Assembly (NCBI GenBank): GCA_963747235.1
Contig: CAVVEU010000031.1
Coordinates: 1 to 64,000 of the forward strand
Direction: 5' to 3'
DNA length: 64,000 bases
Origin: an uncultured Candidatus Rokubacteria bacterium
Lineage (GTDB): Bacteria > Methylomirabilota > Methylomirabilia > Rokubacteriales > CSP1-6
A program made the position numbers and the translations under genes. Positions 19,904 through 31,563 of the stretch are shown here, piece after piece. Each line of letters begins with the position of its first letter. Positions within the stretch are counted from its first letter, which is position 1. Under the pieces are notes generated by a model. The model had not been told where the DNA came from and did no database searches. It was given only the letters and a program-made list of their open reading frames with translations.

Positions 19904-21100
19904 TCAGGGCTTGGGGGGAGGGCCGGGACGCCGGGTGGTCTCGTCCGGCACCTCGGCGATGGTGACCGCGACGTCCATCTTCTGCTTCTTCCGCACGATC
20001 TGGAGCGTCACGCTCTTGCCCACCCGCGTCTCCGCCACCAGCCGCTGCACATGCCGGTAGTCGTCCACGGGCGTGCTGTCGTAGGCGACGATGACGTCGC
20101 CCTGCTGGAGGCCGGCCTGCGCCGCCGGGCTCCCGGTGATCGTGGAGCCCACCACCGCGCCGTTGGTGCCGCCCAGGCCCAGGCTCTGGGCGAGGTCGGG
20201 AGAGAGCGGCTGCAGCGCCACTCCGAGCCAGCCGCGCACCACCTTGCCCTTGTCCACGAGCTGGTCCACCACGCGCTTCACCATGTTGATCGGGATGGCG
20301 AAGCCGATGCCCTGGCCCGCCGCCACGATGGCGGTATTGACCCCGATGACCTGCCCCCTGAGGTTGACGAGGGGCCCACCGGAGTTGCCGGGATTGATGG
20401 AGGCATCGGTCTGGATGAAGTTCTCGTAGGTGGCGATGCCCACGTCCGAGCGCCCGGTGGCGCTGATGACCCCCACCGTCACCGTCTGATCCAGGCCGAA
20501 CGGGTTGCCGATGGCGATGGCCCATTCGCCGACCCGGAGCGCGTCCGAATTGCCCAGGGTGGCCACCGTGAGCTCGTGGTCCGGCTGGAACTTGACCACC
20601 GCGAGGTCCGTTTTCGGGTCGGTTCCAAGGATCTGTCCGCGGTATTCTCGCTTGTCGGAGAGCCGGATCAGGATCTCGTCGGCGCCCTTGACGACGTGGA
20701 AGTTGGTGAGGACCAGGCCCCGCTTGTCGATGATGACGCCGGAGCCCAGGCCGGGCCGGCGGAACTCGGAGCGGTTGTCGGGCCCTTCGGAGCCGAAGAA
20801 CTGATTGAAGAAATCGCGGAAGAAGGGATCATCGTTGCCCTGCGGCACGTTGGGGCCACGCCGGCTCTTCGCCCGCTGGATCGTCCCCAGGTGCACGACG
20901 GCAGGGCGGACATGCTGGGCCACGTCCACGAAGCCGAGCTGCAGCGCCTCGGCGAGCGCCAGGCCGCTGGCGGCCTGCGGGCTGCTGGGCACCGGCGCGG
21001 CCACGCTACGGCCCAGGCGATCGCGAAGCAGATACCCGCCCCCCCCCGCGGCGACCAGGAGGATGGCAAGCACGGCGATCAGTATCGGGCGGCGGCTCAT
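19904..21100 (-). CDS. HtrA/Do family serine protease with one PDZ domain
   Basis: TNFHV, TDLAV, QTDASINPGNSGGPL, PDZ (GSPAAQAGLQQGDVI). Confidence 0.92.
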   Translation of the reverse strand: MSRRPILIAVLAILLVAAGGGGYLLRDRLGRSVAAPVPSSPQAASGLALAEALQLGFVDVAQHVRPAVVHLGTIQRAKSRRGPNVPQGNDDPFFRDFFNQFFGSEGPDNRSEFRRPGLGSGVIIDKRGLVLTNFHVVKGADEILIRLSDKREYRGQILGTDPKTDLAVVKFQPDHELTVATLGNSDALRVGEWAIAIGNPFGLDQTVTVGVISATGRSDVGIATYENFIQTDASINPGNSGGPLVNLRGQVIGVNTAIVAAGQGIGFAIPINMVKRVVDQLVDKGKVVRGWLGVALQPLSPDLAQSLGLGGTNGAVVGSTITGSPAAQAGLQQGDVIVAYDSTPVDDYRHVQRLVAETRVGKSVTLQIVRKKQKMDVAVTIAEVPDETTRRPGPPPKP

Positions 21101-21189
21101 GTATGTACTCTACCAGTGGGCCCCGGCGCAACGGACCTCTGGGGCGACCGGATGATAGCGACTGCCGTCTTGGACTGTCAAGGAAGCCC

Positions 21190-22065
21190 GTGAGATACCG
21201 TCACGTCTGGCCGGGGTTTCTCCTGCTCGCGGCGCTGGCGCTGCTGCTCGTGGGCCTGCTGCGATGGGGGGATCACTTCCTGTCGCCCGGGCCCACGGGG
21301 GGCATCCACCGGCTCCTGCAGCTCTGGGCCGCTTCGCGCCCCGCGGAGGAGTCCATCGCGCCGCCCGCGGCCGCGGCGCCGTCACCGGCCATGGACGCGC
21401 CGGCTAATCCGCCGGCGGTCGCCGCACCCTCGGTGATCGTCCCGGTGACGCCGGAGCCTTCCGGGCCGGCCGCTCCGCCCGCACCGGCGCCGTCTGCGGT
21501 CGCGACCACGCCGGTCGCGCCTGTCCCCGCTCCGGTCGTCAAGACGCCGCCACCGGAGCGCCCCGAGGAGTCTCGCGAGATAGCTGCCGCCCCGACCACT
21601 CCGCCGCCGGTTCGCTACGCTCTGGCTCTCGGTACCTTCCCTTTGTCCGAGGATGCCGAGCGCGTGGAGGCCAAGCTCAACCAGGCCGGCTTCTCCACGG
21701 TGCGCTTCCGCCTGCAGACGCCCGCCAAGCTCTTCGCGGTGCAGGTGTCCTCCCTGAAGGACCCGGAGGAGGGCCAGGCGACCGTCGAGCGCCTGCAGAA
21801 GGAGGGCCATCCGCCCAGCGTGCTCCTGGTCGGGCGCACGGGGGTGACGGTGCGGGTGGGCCCGCCGCTGCCCCTGCGGACCGCGGTGCAGCTCGCCGAG
21901 AAGCTCCGGGCCGGGGGCTACGACGCCCGGGTGGCCACCGAGCCCACGCGCGCGGGCCAGGTCAGCCTCCGGCACGGCAACTTCGCCTCGCGCCCCGAGG
22001 CGGAGGCGGCCAGCCGCGAGGTCGCCCGCCTGGGCGTCCCCAACGAGGTCATCCAGGTCCGCTAA
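21190..22065 (+). CDS. SPOR domain protein with Pro-rich linker
   Basis: N-terminal TM, Pro/Ala linker, SPOR-like repeats (YALALGTF...AERVEAKL, HGNFASRPEAEAA). Confidence 0.75.
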   Translation: MRYRHVWPGFLLLAALALLLVGLLRWGDHFLSPGPTGGIHRLLQLWAASRPAEESIAPPAAAAPSPAMDAPANPPAVAAPSVIVPVTPEPSGPAAPPAPAPSAVATTPVAPVPAPVVKTPPPERPEESREIAAAPTTPPPVRYALALGTFPLSEDAERVEAKLNQAGFSTVRFRLQTPAKLFAVQVSSLKDPEEGQATVERLQKEGHPPSVLLVGRTGVTVRVGPPLPLRTAVQLAEKLRAGGYDARVATEPTRAGQVSLRHGNFASRPEAEAASREVARLGVPNEVIQVR

Positions 22066-22098
22066 CCGCGCGGGCCGTTGACTCGCGCGGCAGTGGCC

Positions 22099-22162
22099 TG
22101 GCGAGGTGCAGCCGAAGGCGAGCCGAGCGAATACAAAAAGCGAAGCTCCGGCTGCACCGCCA
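22099..22162. repeat. Intergenic palindromic element
   Basis: GGTGCAGCCG (22105-22114) and CGGCTGCACC (22149-22158) flank an A-rich loop. An adjacent hairpin lies at 22066-22090. Confidence 0.55.
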
Positions 22163-22226
22163 AGACCCGTCGCCCGGTCTCCCACGGACCTTGGAGATAA
22201 ATCGGCCCGGAGAGTAGTATCGGGGC

Positions 22227-22601
22227 ATGCCTGGGAAGAAGATCCTCGTAGTGGACGATGAGCCGGAAGTGCGCCAGCTCATGGAGCATTTCCTCACTCA
22301 GCGGGGCTACGAGGTGCGCATCGCCGAGAACGGTCAGCTGGCCCTGGCGGCGCTCGACACGTTCATGGCCGACGTCGTGCTGCTGGACATGCACATGCCG
22401 GTGATGGACGGCCTCGAGACTCTCAAGCGCCTGGCCATCCGCTCGCCCTCGCTGCCCGTGATCATGATCACCGTCAACGACGACATCGACACGACGGCGC
22501 ACCTGCTCCAGCTCGGCGCGGCCGACTACGTCCCCAAGCCGTTCTCCCTCGATTACCTCGAGCAGGCGATCAACATCCAGCTCTCCGCTGCGCGCGAGTA
22601 G
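22227..22601 (+). CDS. Single-domain response regulator
   Basis: ILVVDDE, LLDMHMP, VPKPF. Confidence 0.9.
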   Translation: MPGKKILVVDDEPEVRQLMEHFLTQRGYEVRIAENGQLALAALDTFMADVVLLDMHMPVMDGLETLKRLAIRSPSLPVIMITVNDDIDTTAHLLQLGAADYVPKPFSLDYLEQAINIQLSAARE

Positions 22602-22653
22602 CTCCGCTCGCCACGCTACCTGCCGGGTCTACCGGCGCTTACCGGTGGTGTTG

Positions 22654-24771
22654 CTAGGCGTGGGTGGTCAGGGTTTCCAGGGTGGCGCGGGTGGCGGGGG
22701 AGAGGTCGAGGAAGCGGAGGCCGGCGGTGTCCTTGCGCGCCCACATCACCTCGGCGCGCTCGATGTTCAACGGCTCCGGGTGATCGCGCAGGGCGATCAG
22801 CAGGGAGACCATCTCGCCCGGCTCGAGCCGGCGGGGCACCGCGTGGACCGCGATGCCGGTGCGGGAGAGATCGCTCGCCTCGGCCACCACGGTCAGCTCG
22901 CCGTCCGAGATGGACACGTGGCCCTCTATCATGCGGCGCGGGGCGGAGCGGGAGTTGAACGTGGCCGCTCCCGCGCCGGCCTCGACCGCGCTCGCCCCCG
23001 GCTTCAGCAGGGGGCCGAGCACCGCGTAGATCTTCACCGGGATCACCTTGCCCTTGACCGTGACCTCGCCGAGGTCGCGGACCCCGAAGTGCTCGCGCAC
23101 CTCCGCGTAGGTGGCCTCGCTGATGATGATGGGCACGCTGAACTCCTTGGTCAGCCCCTCGAGCCGCGAGCCCAGGTTGATGGTGTCGCCGATCGCGGTG
23201 TACTCGAGGCGCTGCTCGGAGCCGATGGTGCCCACGACCGCGTCGCCGGTGTGGATGCCCACGCCGCAGGCCAGCGTGCCGCCGTGCTTCGCGGCGAAGC
23301 GCTCGGCCAGCGGGTGCAGGCGCTCCTGGAACTCGAGCGCGGTTCGCACCGCGCGGAGCGCGTGGTCCGGCGCCTCGAACGGCACGTTGTAGAGCGCCAT
23401 GATGGCGTCGCCGATGTACTTGTCCACGGTGCCCCCGTGCTTGAACACCGCCTCGGTCATCACGGTGAGGTACTCGCGCAGGAACGTGACGACCTCTTCC
23501 GGCTGCATCTTCTCCGACATCGAGGTGAACCCGCGGATGTCGGAGAAGAGCACGGTCATGCGCCGCCGGTTGGCCGCGAGCTTGGCGTCGTCCTTGTGCC
23601 GCACGATCTCGGCCACCACGTCGGGCGAGAAGAAGCGTGAGAGCCGCCGCTTCTCCCGCTGCTCCTGCGTGAAGTTCTTGGCCACCGTGCCCGCGTAGGT
23701 GATGAAGAGGGCCAGCGGCACCGGCACCACCTCCATCCAGTAGCGGCCCCACAGGAAGGCCCCGTGGCTGGCCCCCAGGTAGGCGCCCACGCCCGCCGCG
23801 ACGACGCCGAAGGCGGGCAGCGGCCGGAGCGCGGTGGCCGTCCACGCCGCCGCCGCGCCCGCGAGGACCGCCACCACCGGTACCAGGAAGCGCCAGGCCC
23901 GGCGCAGCGGGATGCCCTGGAACAGGGTCTCGAGGGTGTGGGCGTGGATCTCGACCCCCGACATGCCCGACTGCGCCGCGAACGGGGTGGGGAAGATGTC
24001 GTGCAGCGTCGGCGTGGTGGCGCCCACCAGGACGATCTTGCCCGCGAAGACCTCCGACGGGATCTCCCCGGTCACCACGCGGTGGTAGGCGATCATCGGG
24101 AAGGTGTTGGGGCCCCCGCGGTAGTTGACCAGCAGCTCGCTGCCCGCGGGCGCGGCCCCGCGGGCCAGCCCCGCGCGCTCCCCGAGCCGATAGATCAGGA
24201 GGTCGAAGCCCGGCCACTCCCGGTCCTGGAAGTTGCGCTTGAGCGTCGCGCGGCGGACGAAGGCGTCGGCGTCGGAGTCGTAGTCGGCGGAGCCGAAGGC
24301 GGCCTTGCCCCGGATCTCGGGGATCGGCGGGTTCAGGGCCTGCTTGACGAAGGAGGCGTCGCCCACCGTGGTCAGGGCCGCCGCGAGCACGATCCGATCG
24401 CGCACCCGATCCACCGCGGCGCCCAGCGCGACATCGTCGGCGGGTCCCCGGGACGACGGCTCGGTGAACAGGATATCCATGCCGATCGCCACCGGCCCGC
24501 CGCGGCCCACGATGTCGAGGAACTTGGCGTGGACCGCCCGCGGCCACGGCCAGGCCAGGTTGAGCCCGTCGAACGAGTCCTCGTCGATGGTGACCACCAC
24601 GATGGGCGACTGCGGCTCGCGGGGCCCGCGCAGGGTGAACTGCGCGTCGAGGGCCTTGAGCTCGGCGATCTCGAAGAAGCTGAGCGGGTTGGCGGCGGCC
24701 AGCACCACGATGGCAAGGCCGGCCAGGCTTCCTGCGAGGAGGACACGCCAGGAGGCGGCGAGGGATCGCAC
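22654..24771 (-). CDS. CHASE2 sensor - adenylate cyclase - PilZ domain protein
   Basis: CHASE2 (IDEDS..WPWPR, GVEIHA), 3 TM, LFSDIRGFT, DKYIGD, YTAIGDTINLGSRLE, PilZ RSAPR...DLSRTG. Confidence 0.9.
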   Translation of the reverse strand: MRSLAASWRVLLAGSLAGLAIVVLAAANPLSFFEIAELKALDAQFTLRGPREPQSPIVVVTIDEDSFDGLNLAWPWPRAVHAKFLDIVGRGGPVAIGMDILFTEPSSRGPADDVALGAAVDRVRDRIVLAAALTTVGDASFVKQALNPPIPEIRGKAAFGSADYDSDADAFVRRATLKRNFQDREWPGFDLLIYRLGERAGLARGAAPAGSELLVNYRGGPNTFPMIAYHRVVTGEIPSEVFAGKIVLVGATTPTLHDIFPTPFAAQSGMSGVEIHAHTLETLFQGIPLRRAWRFLVPVVAVLAGAAAAWTATALRPLPAFGVVAAGVGAYLGASHGAFLWGRYWMEVVPVPLALFITYAGTVAKNFTQEQREKRRLSRFFSPDVVAEIVRHKDDAKLAANRRRMTVLFSDIRGFTSMSEKMQPEEVVTFLREYLTVMTEAVFKHGGTVDKYIGDAIMALYNVPFEAPDHALRAVRTALEFQERLHPLAERFAAKHGGTLACGVGIHTGDAVVGTIGSEQRLEYTAIGDTINLGSRLEGLTKEFSVPIIISEATYAEVREHFGVRDLGEVTVKGKVIPVKIYAVLGPLLKPGASAVEAGAGAATFNSRSAPRRMIEGHVSISDGELTVVAEASDLSRTGIAVHAVPRRLEPGEMVSLLIALRDHPEPLNIERAEVMWARKDTAGLRFLDLSPATRATLETLTTHA

Positions 24772-24832
24772 CGAACCCAGCCTAGCACAAGGGAAGTTGC
24801 CGCCGCCGTGGGGAAACGTCTACACTCGACCC

Positions 24833-25243
24833 ATGCGGGTCCGCACGATCCTCCTGGTCTCGTTCTGGGTGGCCGTGTTCCTGTGGGTCGGCTACAACGG
24901 CATGCAGGCCATCTACTCCTACTTCCAGACCAACGACCTGACCGAACAGGCGTTCACGGGGGCCTGGGAGCGGCAGCGGCAGCGCAACGCCTCCGACCTG
25001 TACTCGGCCGAGTTCCTGACCGACCTCCGCAGCAGCGTGCTGATGGGCGCCCGCCGGGCGGGCATCCAGGTGGATCCGGCCAGCATCAAGGTCTTCGCGG
25101 AGGGCGGGCTCGTGCGCGTCGGGCTGAGCTGGACCTACCGGACCGAGCCGAGGAGCACGTGGGGCTTCGATACCGGGTTGCCGGTGCCGCTCTGGCTGGG
25201 GCGGAGCTTCGACCCGCAGCTCGGCGCCCGGCGGATGTTCTGA
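24833..25243 (+). CDS. Hypothetical membrane-anchored protein
   Basis: N-terminal TM, TACACT 6 nt before ATG. Confidence 0.7.
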   Translation: MRVRTILLVSFWVAVFLWVGYNGMQAIYSYFQTNDLTEQAFTGAWERQRQRNASDLYSAEFLTDLRSSVLMGARRAGIQVDPASIKVFAEGGLVRVGLSWTYRTEPRSTWGFDTGLPVPLWLGRSFDPQLGARRMF

Positions 25244-25265
25244 GCTTCCCCGTGACCCTCGCGTC

Positions 25266-26660
<1,395 letters not shown>

Positions 26661-26698
26661 GTTCCTTTTCCCCTGCGCCTCGTGTATCGTCGGATTCG

Positions 26699-27562
26699 AT
26701 GAAAGTGAGGAAGGCCGTGTTCCCCGCCGCCGGTCTCGGCACCCGCTTCCTGCCCGCCACCAAGGCGCAGCCGAAGGAGATGCTCCCGCTCGTGGACAAG
26801 CCCACCATCCAGTACGTGGTGGAGGAGGCGGTGGCCTCCGGGCTCGAGGAGATCATCCTCGTGACGGGGCGGAACAAGCGCGCGATCGAGGATCACTTCG
26901 ACGCGGCCTTCGAGCTCGAGTACTACCTGAACGACCGCGGGAAGCTGGAGGAGCTCGCCCAGATCAAGACGATCTCCGAGCTCGCGTCGGTCTCCTACGT
27001 GCGCCAGAAGGAGCCGCTCGGGCTCGGCCACGCCATCCTCTGCGCCCGGCCCCTCGTGGGCGACGAGCCCTTCGGCGTGTTCCTGGGCGACGACATCATC
27101 GTCTCGCGGGTGCCGTGCATGCGCCAGCTCCTCGACGTGTACGAGCGCCACGACGGCCCGGTGCTGGCGGTGATGCGGATGCCGCGCGAAGAGATCGGCC
27201 GCTACGGCGTGATCGCGGCCCGCGGCCTCGGGGCGAACGTCTACGAGGTGCAGGATCTCGTGGAGAAGCCGGACCCGCGCGACGCGCCCTCGGACCTGGC
27301 CATCATCGGGCGCTACGTGCTCACCCCCGACCTGTTCCCGATCCTGCAGGAGACCGTGCCCGACTCCCGCGGCGAGATCCAGCTCACGAACGGGCTCCGC
27401 GCGCTGCGCGGCCGCCGGCCGATCTACGCTGTCGAGTTCGAGGGCAAGCGCCACGATACCGGCGAGAAGCTCGGCTTCCTCAAGGCCACCGTGGAGTTCG
27501 CCCTGGCCCGGCCGGACCTGGCCGACGCCTTCCGCGCGTATCTCAAGACCCTCAAGCTGTAA
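26699..27562 (+). CDS. galU: UTP--glucose-1-phosphate uridylyltransferase
   Basis: KAVFPAAGLGTRFLPATKAQPKEMLP, LGLGHA, VEKP, GEIQLT. Confidence 0.95.
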   Translation: MKVRKAVFPAAGLGTRFLPATKAQPKEMLPLVDKPTIQYVVEEAVASGLEEIILVTGRNKRAIEDHFDAAFELEYYLNDRGKLEELAQIKTISELASVSYVRQKEPLGLGHAILCARPLVGDEPFGVFLGDDIIVSRVPCMRQLLDVYERHDGPVLAVMRMPREEIGRYGVIAARGLGANVYEVQDLVEKPDPRDAPSDLAIIGRYVLTPDLFPILQETVPDSRGEIQLTNGLRALRGRRPIYAVEFEGKRHDTGEKLGFLKATVEFALARPDLADAFRAYLKTLKL

Positions 27563-27623
27563 CCGCCCGGACGAAAGACCTTGTGGGGCGGTACTTTGCC
27601 ACGCACGACGGGCTCCCCATTGA

Positions 27624-27652
27624 TTGACTTCCCCGGGGCTTTCTGGGACAAT
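27624..27652 (+). promoter_or_regulatory. Sigma70-type promoter of pncB
   Basis: TTGACT-17 nt-GACAAT. Confidence 0.5.
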
Positions 27653-27705
27653 CCGTCCACTTTTTTATTGTCCTTATTGCCGGGCCGGGAGGTGTCTGCA
27701 TCCCT

Positions 27706-28920
27706 ATGAAGAGCCAGCCCAAGCGCGCCTTCCACATGGCCTCCGAGCCCGAGATCAAGGCGGGCGAGGTCTCCGACGTCTACTTCGAGCGCACCGTCGA
27801 GATCCTGCGCGCGAAGGGCCTCAACAAGCGAGTCAAGGCGGAGATCCGGCTCAAGAGCTTCCCGCAGACCGACTGGACCTTCGGCGTCCTCGCGGGCATC
27901 GAGGAGGCGGCGGCGCTGCTCGAGGGCCTGCCCGTCGACGTGTGGGCGATGGACGAGGGCACCCTCTTCGGTCCCGAGGACACCGTGCTCCTCATCGAGG
28001 GCATCTACCCCGAGTGGGCCAAGTACGAGACCGCGCTCCTCGGCTTCCTCTGCCAGGCTTCCGGCATCGCGACCAAGGCCGCGCGCTGCAAGCGCGCCGC
28101 GGGCGAGCGCCAGGTGATCTCCTTCGGGGCGCGGCGCATGCACCCGGCGCTGGCCCCGATGATCGAGCGCAACGCCTTCGTGGGCGGCTGCGACGGCGTC
28201 GCGGTGACCAAGTCCGCCGAGCTGATCGACGCCGATCCCACCGGGACCATTCCCCACGCGCTGGTGCTCCTCTTCGGCGACACGGTGGAGGCGCTCCGGG
28301 CCTTCCACGAGGTCATCGACCCCAAGGTGCGGCGCGTGGCCCTTATCGACACGCTCCAGGACGAGAAGTTCGAGGCGATCCGGGTGGCGAAGGCCCTCGG
28401 CCGCGAGCTCTACGCGGTGCGCCTCGACACGCCGTCCTCGCGGCGCGGCGACTTCTTCAAGATCCTCGAGGAGGTGCGCTGGGAGCTCGACCTGCGCGGC
28501 TTCAATCACGTCAAGATCCTGGCCTCGGGCGGCATCGACGAGTACGAGATCCTCCGGCTGAACCCGCTGGTGGACGGCTACGGCGTCGGCACCTCGATCG
28601 CCAACGCCCCGGTGCTCTCCTTCGCGCTCGACATCATGGAGATCGAGGGTGAGCCGATGGCGAAGCGCGGCAAGCGCTCCGGGGCCAAGCAGGTGTGGCG
28701 GTTCCCGGGAGCGGTCCACAACATGGTGCTCCCCGCCGGCGCGCCCGCGCCGGTGGGTCCCGACGGCCGGCCCGCGGAAGCGCTACTGAAGCCGCTGATC
28801 GCGGGGGGCCGCCTCGTGCGCGACATGCCGCCGCCGCGCACGCTGCGCGAGTACGTGATGGAGCAGATGGCGCGCATCGACATCACGGGGCGGGATCACG
28901 GGCTGCGCGGCGACTACTAG
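27706..28920 (+). CDS. pncB: Nicotinate phosphoribosyltransferase
   Basis: SDVYF, SFGARRMHP, GTIPHAL, VRLDT, ASGGID, GYGVGT, KRGK. Confidence 0.88.
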   Translation: MKSQPKRAFHMASEPEIKAGEVSDVYFERTVEILRAKGLNKRVKAEIRLKSFPQTDWTFGVLAGIEEAAALLEGLPVDVWAMDEGTLFGPEDTVLLIEGIYPEWAKYETALLGFLCQASGIATKAARCKRAAGERQVISFGARRMHPALAPMIERNAFVGGCDGVAVTKSAELIDADPTGTIPHALVLLFGDTVEALRAFHEVIDPKVRRVALIDTLQDEKFEAIRVAKALGRELYAVRLDTPSSRRGDFFKILEEVRWELDLRGFNHVKILASGGIDEYEILRLNPLVDGYGVGTSIANAPVLSFALDIMEIEGEPMAKRGKRSGAKQVWRFPGAVHNMVLPAGAPAPVGPDGRPAEALLKPLIAGGRLVRDMPPPRTLREYVMEQMARIDITGRDHGLRGDY

Positions 28921-28924
28921 CCGC

Positions 28925-29710
28925 ATGGGCGTCCTCGATGAGATCGTCGCCCACAAGCGCTCGGAGCTGGCCGAGCTCAAGCCGCGCCGTCCCCTCCCGG
29001 ATCTGATCGCGGCCTGCCGCGGGCTCGCTCCCGCGCGCGACTTCGAAGCGGCCCTCCGCCCCGCGCCGGGCGAGCGAGTACGCCTGATCGCGGAGGTCAA
29101 GCGGGGCTCGCCGTCCCGGGGGCTCTTCCGCGCCGACCTCGATCCGGTGGCCCAGGCCGGGATCTACGCGGGGGCCGGCGCGGCCGCGGTGTCGGTGCTC
29201 ACCGACGCCCGCTACTTCCACGGCAGCCTCGACGATCTGGTCAACGTGCGGGCCGCCGTCTCCGTCCCGGTGCTCCGGAAGGAGTTCATCGTGGACGAGT
29301 ACCAGCTCTGGGAGGCGCGCGCCGCCGGCGCCGACGCGGTGCTGCTGATCGTGGCCGCGCTCGAGGACGCGGCCCTGCGCGACCTGCTCCACGCCGCCAA
29401 GGGCGCCGGGCTCGCCACCCTCGTGGAGGTGCACACCGCGGGCGAGCTCGACCGCGCCCTGCGGCTCGGCGCGCCGGTGATCGGCGTCAACAACCGCGAT
29501 CTCCAGACGCTGACCACGAGCCTCGAGCCCTCGCTCCGCCTGCTGCCGCAGATCCCGCCCGGCCCGCTGACCGTGAGCGAGAGCGGGCTCGCGAGCGGCG
29601 CCGACGTGGCGCGGGTCGTGGCCGCGGGCGCCCACGCGGTGCTGGTGGGGGAGACGCTGCTGCGGGCGGGCGACGTGGCCGCGAAGGTCCGCGAGCTGTC
29701 GCTGCGATGA
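28925..29710 (+). CDS. trpC: Indole-3-glycerol phosphate synthase
   Basis: [31 protein letters not shown]. Confidence 0.95.
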   Translation: MGVLDEIVAHKRSELAELKPRRPLPDLIAACRGLAPARDFEAALRPAPGERVRLIAEVKRGSPSRGLFRADLDPVAQAGIYAGAGAAAVSVLTDARYFHGSLDDLVNVRAAVSVPVLRKEFIVDEYQLWEARAAGADAVLLIVAALEDAALRDLLHAAKGAGLATLVEVHTAGELDRALRLGAPVIGVNNRDLQTLTTSLEPSLRLLPQIPPGPLTVSESGLASGADVARVVAAGAHAVLVGETLLRAGDVAAKVRELSLR

Positions 29711-30328
29711 AGATCAAGATCTGCGGGATCACCAACCTCGACGATGCCCAGGCTCTGCGTGGCCGCGGGCGCCGACGCGCTCGGCTTCATCTTCGTGGAG
29801 GGCACCCCGCGCCACGTCACCCCCGAGACGGCGGCCCGGATCGTGGCGGCCCTGCCGCCCTTCGTGACGCCGGTGGGCGTCTTCTGGAATCACGCCGCGG
29901 GTCACGTGAAGGCGGTGGCCGAGCAGTGCGGGCTGGCCGCGCTCCAGTTCCACGGCGACGAGACCCCCGAGGACCTGCACGAGTTCCGGCTGCCCGTGAT
30001 CAAGGTGCTCAAGGTGGCGGGTCCCGCCGATCTCGACCGGATGGCCGGCTACCGCGTGGCCGCGTTCCTGCTCGACTCGCCCGCGCGCTGGAGCGAAGGC
30101 CTGGCCCGCCCGGTGATTCCCTGGGACGTGGCCGCGGAGATGGCGCGCCGGCATCCGGTGCTCCTCTCGGCCGGCCTCACCCCCGACAACGTGGGCGAGG
30201 CGGCGCGCCGCGTCCGCCCCTACGGCGTGGACGTCAACTCCGGCGTCGAGGCCCGCCCGGGGCGCAAGGACGCGGCGCGGGTGATCCGCTTCGTGGCCGA
30301 GGCGCGTGCGGCGGCGGCCGCCCCATGA
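29707..30328 (+). CDS. trpF: Phosphoribosylanthranilate isomerase (frameshift near 29745)
   Basis: [36 protein letters not shown]. Confidence 0.92.
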
Positions 30329-31563
30329 GCCCGACGCGCCTGCGGCCCGCGTCGCTCCCGGACGCCAACGGCCACTTCGGCCGCTTCGGCGGGCGCTTCG
30401 TGCCCGAGACGCTGATGCAGCCGCTCGTGGATCTCGAGCGCGCGTACCGCGCCGCGCGCGCGGACACGCGATTCCGCCGGCGGCTGCGCGAGCTGCTGTC
30501 CAGCTACGCGGGCCGGCCGACGCCGCTCTACTTCGCGGAGCGGCTGACCCGCCACGTGGGGGGCGCGCGCATCTACCTCAAGCGCGAGGATCTCTGCCAC
30601 ACCGGCGCCCACAAGATCAACAACGTGCTCGGCCAGGCCCTGCTCGCCCAGCGGATGGGCAAGAAGCGGATCATCGCGGAGACCGGCGCGGGCCAGCACG
30701 GGGTGGCCTCCGCCACCGCGGCCGCGCTGCTGGGCCTCGAGTGCGAGGTCTACATGGGCAGCGTGGACATCGAGCGCCAGGCCCTCAACGTCTTCCGCAT
30801 GAAGCTGCTGGGCGCGCGGGTGATCCCGGTGGAGAGCGGCTCGAAGACGCTCAAGGACGCGGTCAACGAGGCCCTGCGCGACTGGGTCACCAACGTGCGC
30901 ACGACCTACTACCTGCTCGGCTCGGTGATGGGACCGCACCCGTATCCGATGCTGGTGCGCGATTTCCAGCGGGTGATCGGCGACGAGGCGCGCGCGCAGT
31001 CGCGCCGGGTCATCGGCCGCCTGCCCGACCTGCTCGTGGCGTGCGTGGGCGGCGGCTCCAACGCGATGGGTCTCTTCTGGCCGTTCATCGGAGACCGGCG
31101 CGTGCGCATCGTCGGGGTCGAGCCCGGCGGCCACGGCATCAAGAGCGGCAAGCACGGGGCTTCCCTGGGCTCGGGCGCGGTGGGCGTGCTGCACGGGAGC
31201 ATGAGCTACGTGCTCCAGAACGACGACGGCCAGGTCGCGGAGGCGCACTCGATCTCGGCCGGCCTCGACTACCCGGGCGTGGGGCCCGAGCACTCGTACT
31301 ACAAGGACCTGGGCCGGTTCGAGTACGAGTCGGTGACCGACCAGGAAGCGCTCGAGGGCTTCAAGGCCCTCACGAGGCTCGAGGGCATCATGCCCGCGCT
31401 CGAGTCCTCGCACGCGGTGGCCCACGCGATGCGCGTGGCCGCGCGCATGAAGAAGACCCAGAGCGTGCTGATCGGGCTGTCCGGCCGCGGCGACAAGGAC
31501 GTGCACACGGTGGCCCAGGCCCTCGACGGCGCGGCCGCCAACGGGCACGGCGGCCACCGATGA
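30325..31563 (+). CDS. trpB: Tryptophan synthase beta chain
   Basis: [43 protein letters not shown]. Confidence 0.97.
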   Translation: MSPTRLRPASLPDANGHFGRFGGRFVPETLMQPLVDLERAYRAARADTRFRRRLRELLSSYAGRPTPLYFAERLTRHVGGARIYLKREDLCHTGAHKINNVLGQALLAQRMGKKRIIAETGAGQHGVASATAAALLGLECEVYMGSVDIERQALNVFRMKLLGARVIPVESGSKTLKDAVNEALRDWVTNVRTTYYLLGSVMGPHPYPMLVRDFQRVIGDEARAQSRRVIGRLPDLLVACVGGGSNAMGLFWPFIGDRRVRIVGVEPGGHGIKSGKHGASLGSGAVGVLHGSMSYVLQNDDGQVAEAHSISAGLDYPGVGPEHSYYKDLGRFEYESVTDQEALEGFKALTRLEGIMPALESSHAVAHAMRVAARMKKTQSVLIGLSGRGDKDVHTVAQALDGAAANGHGGHR

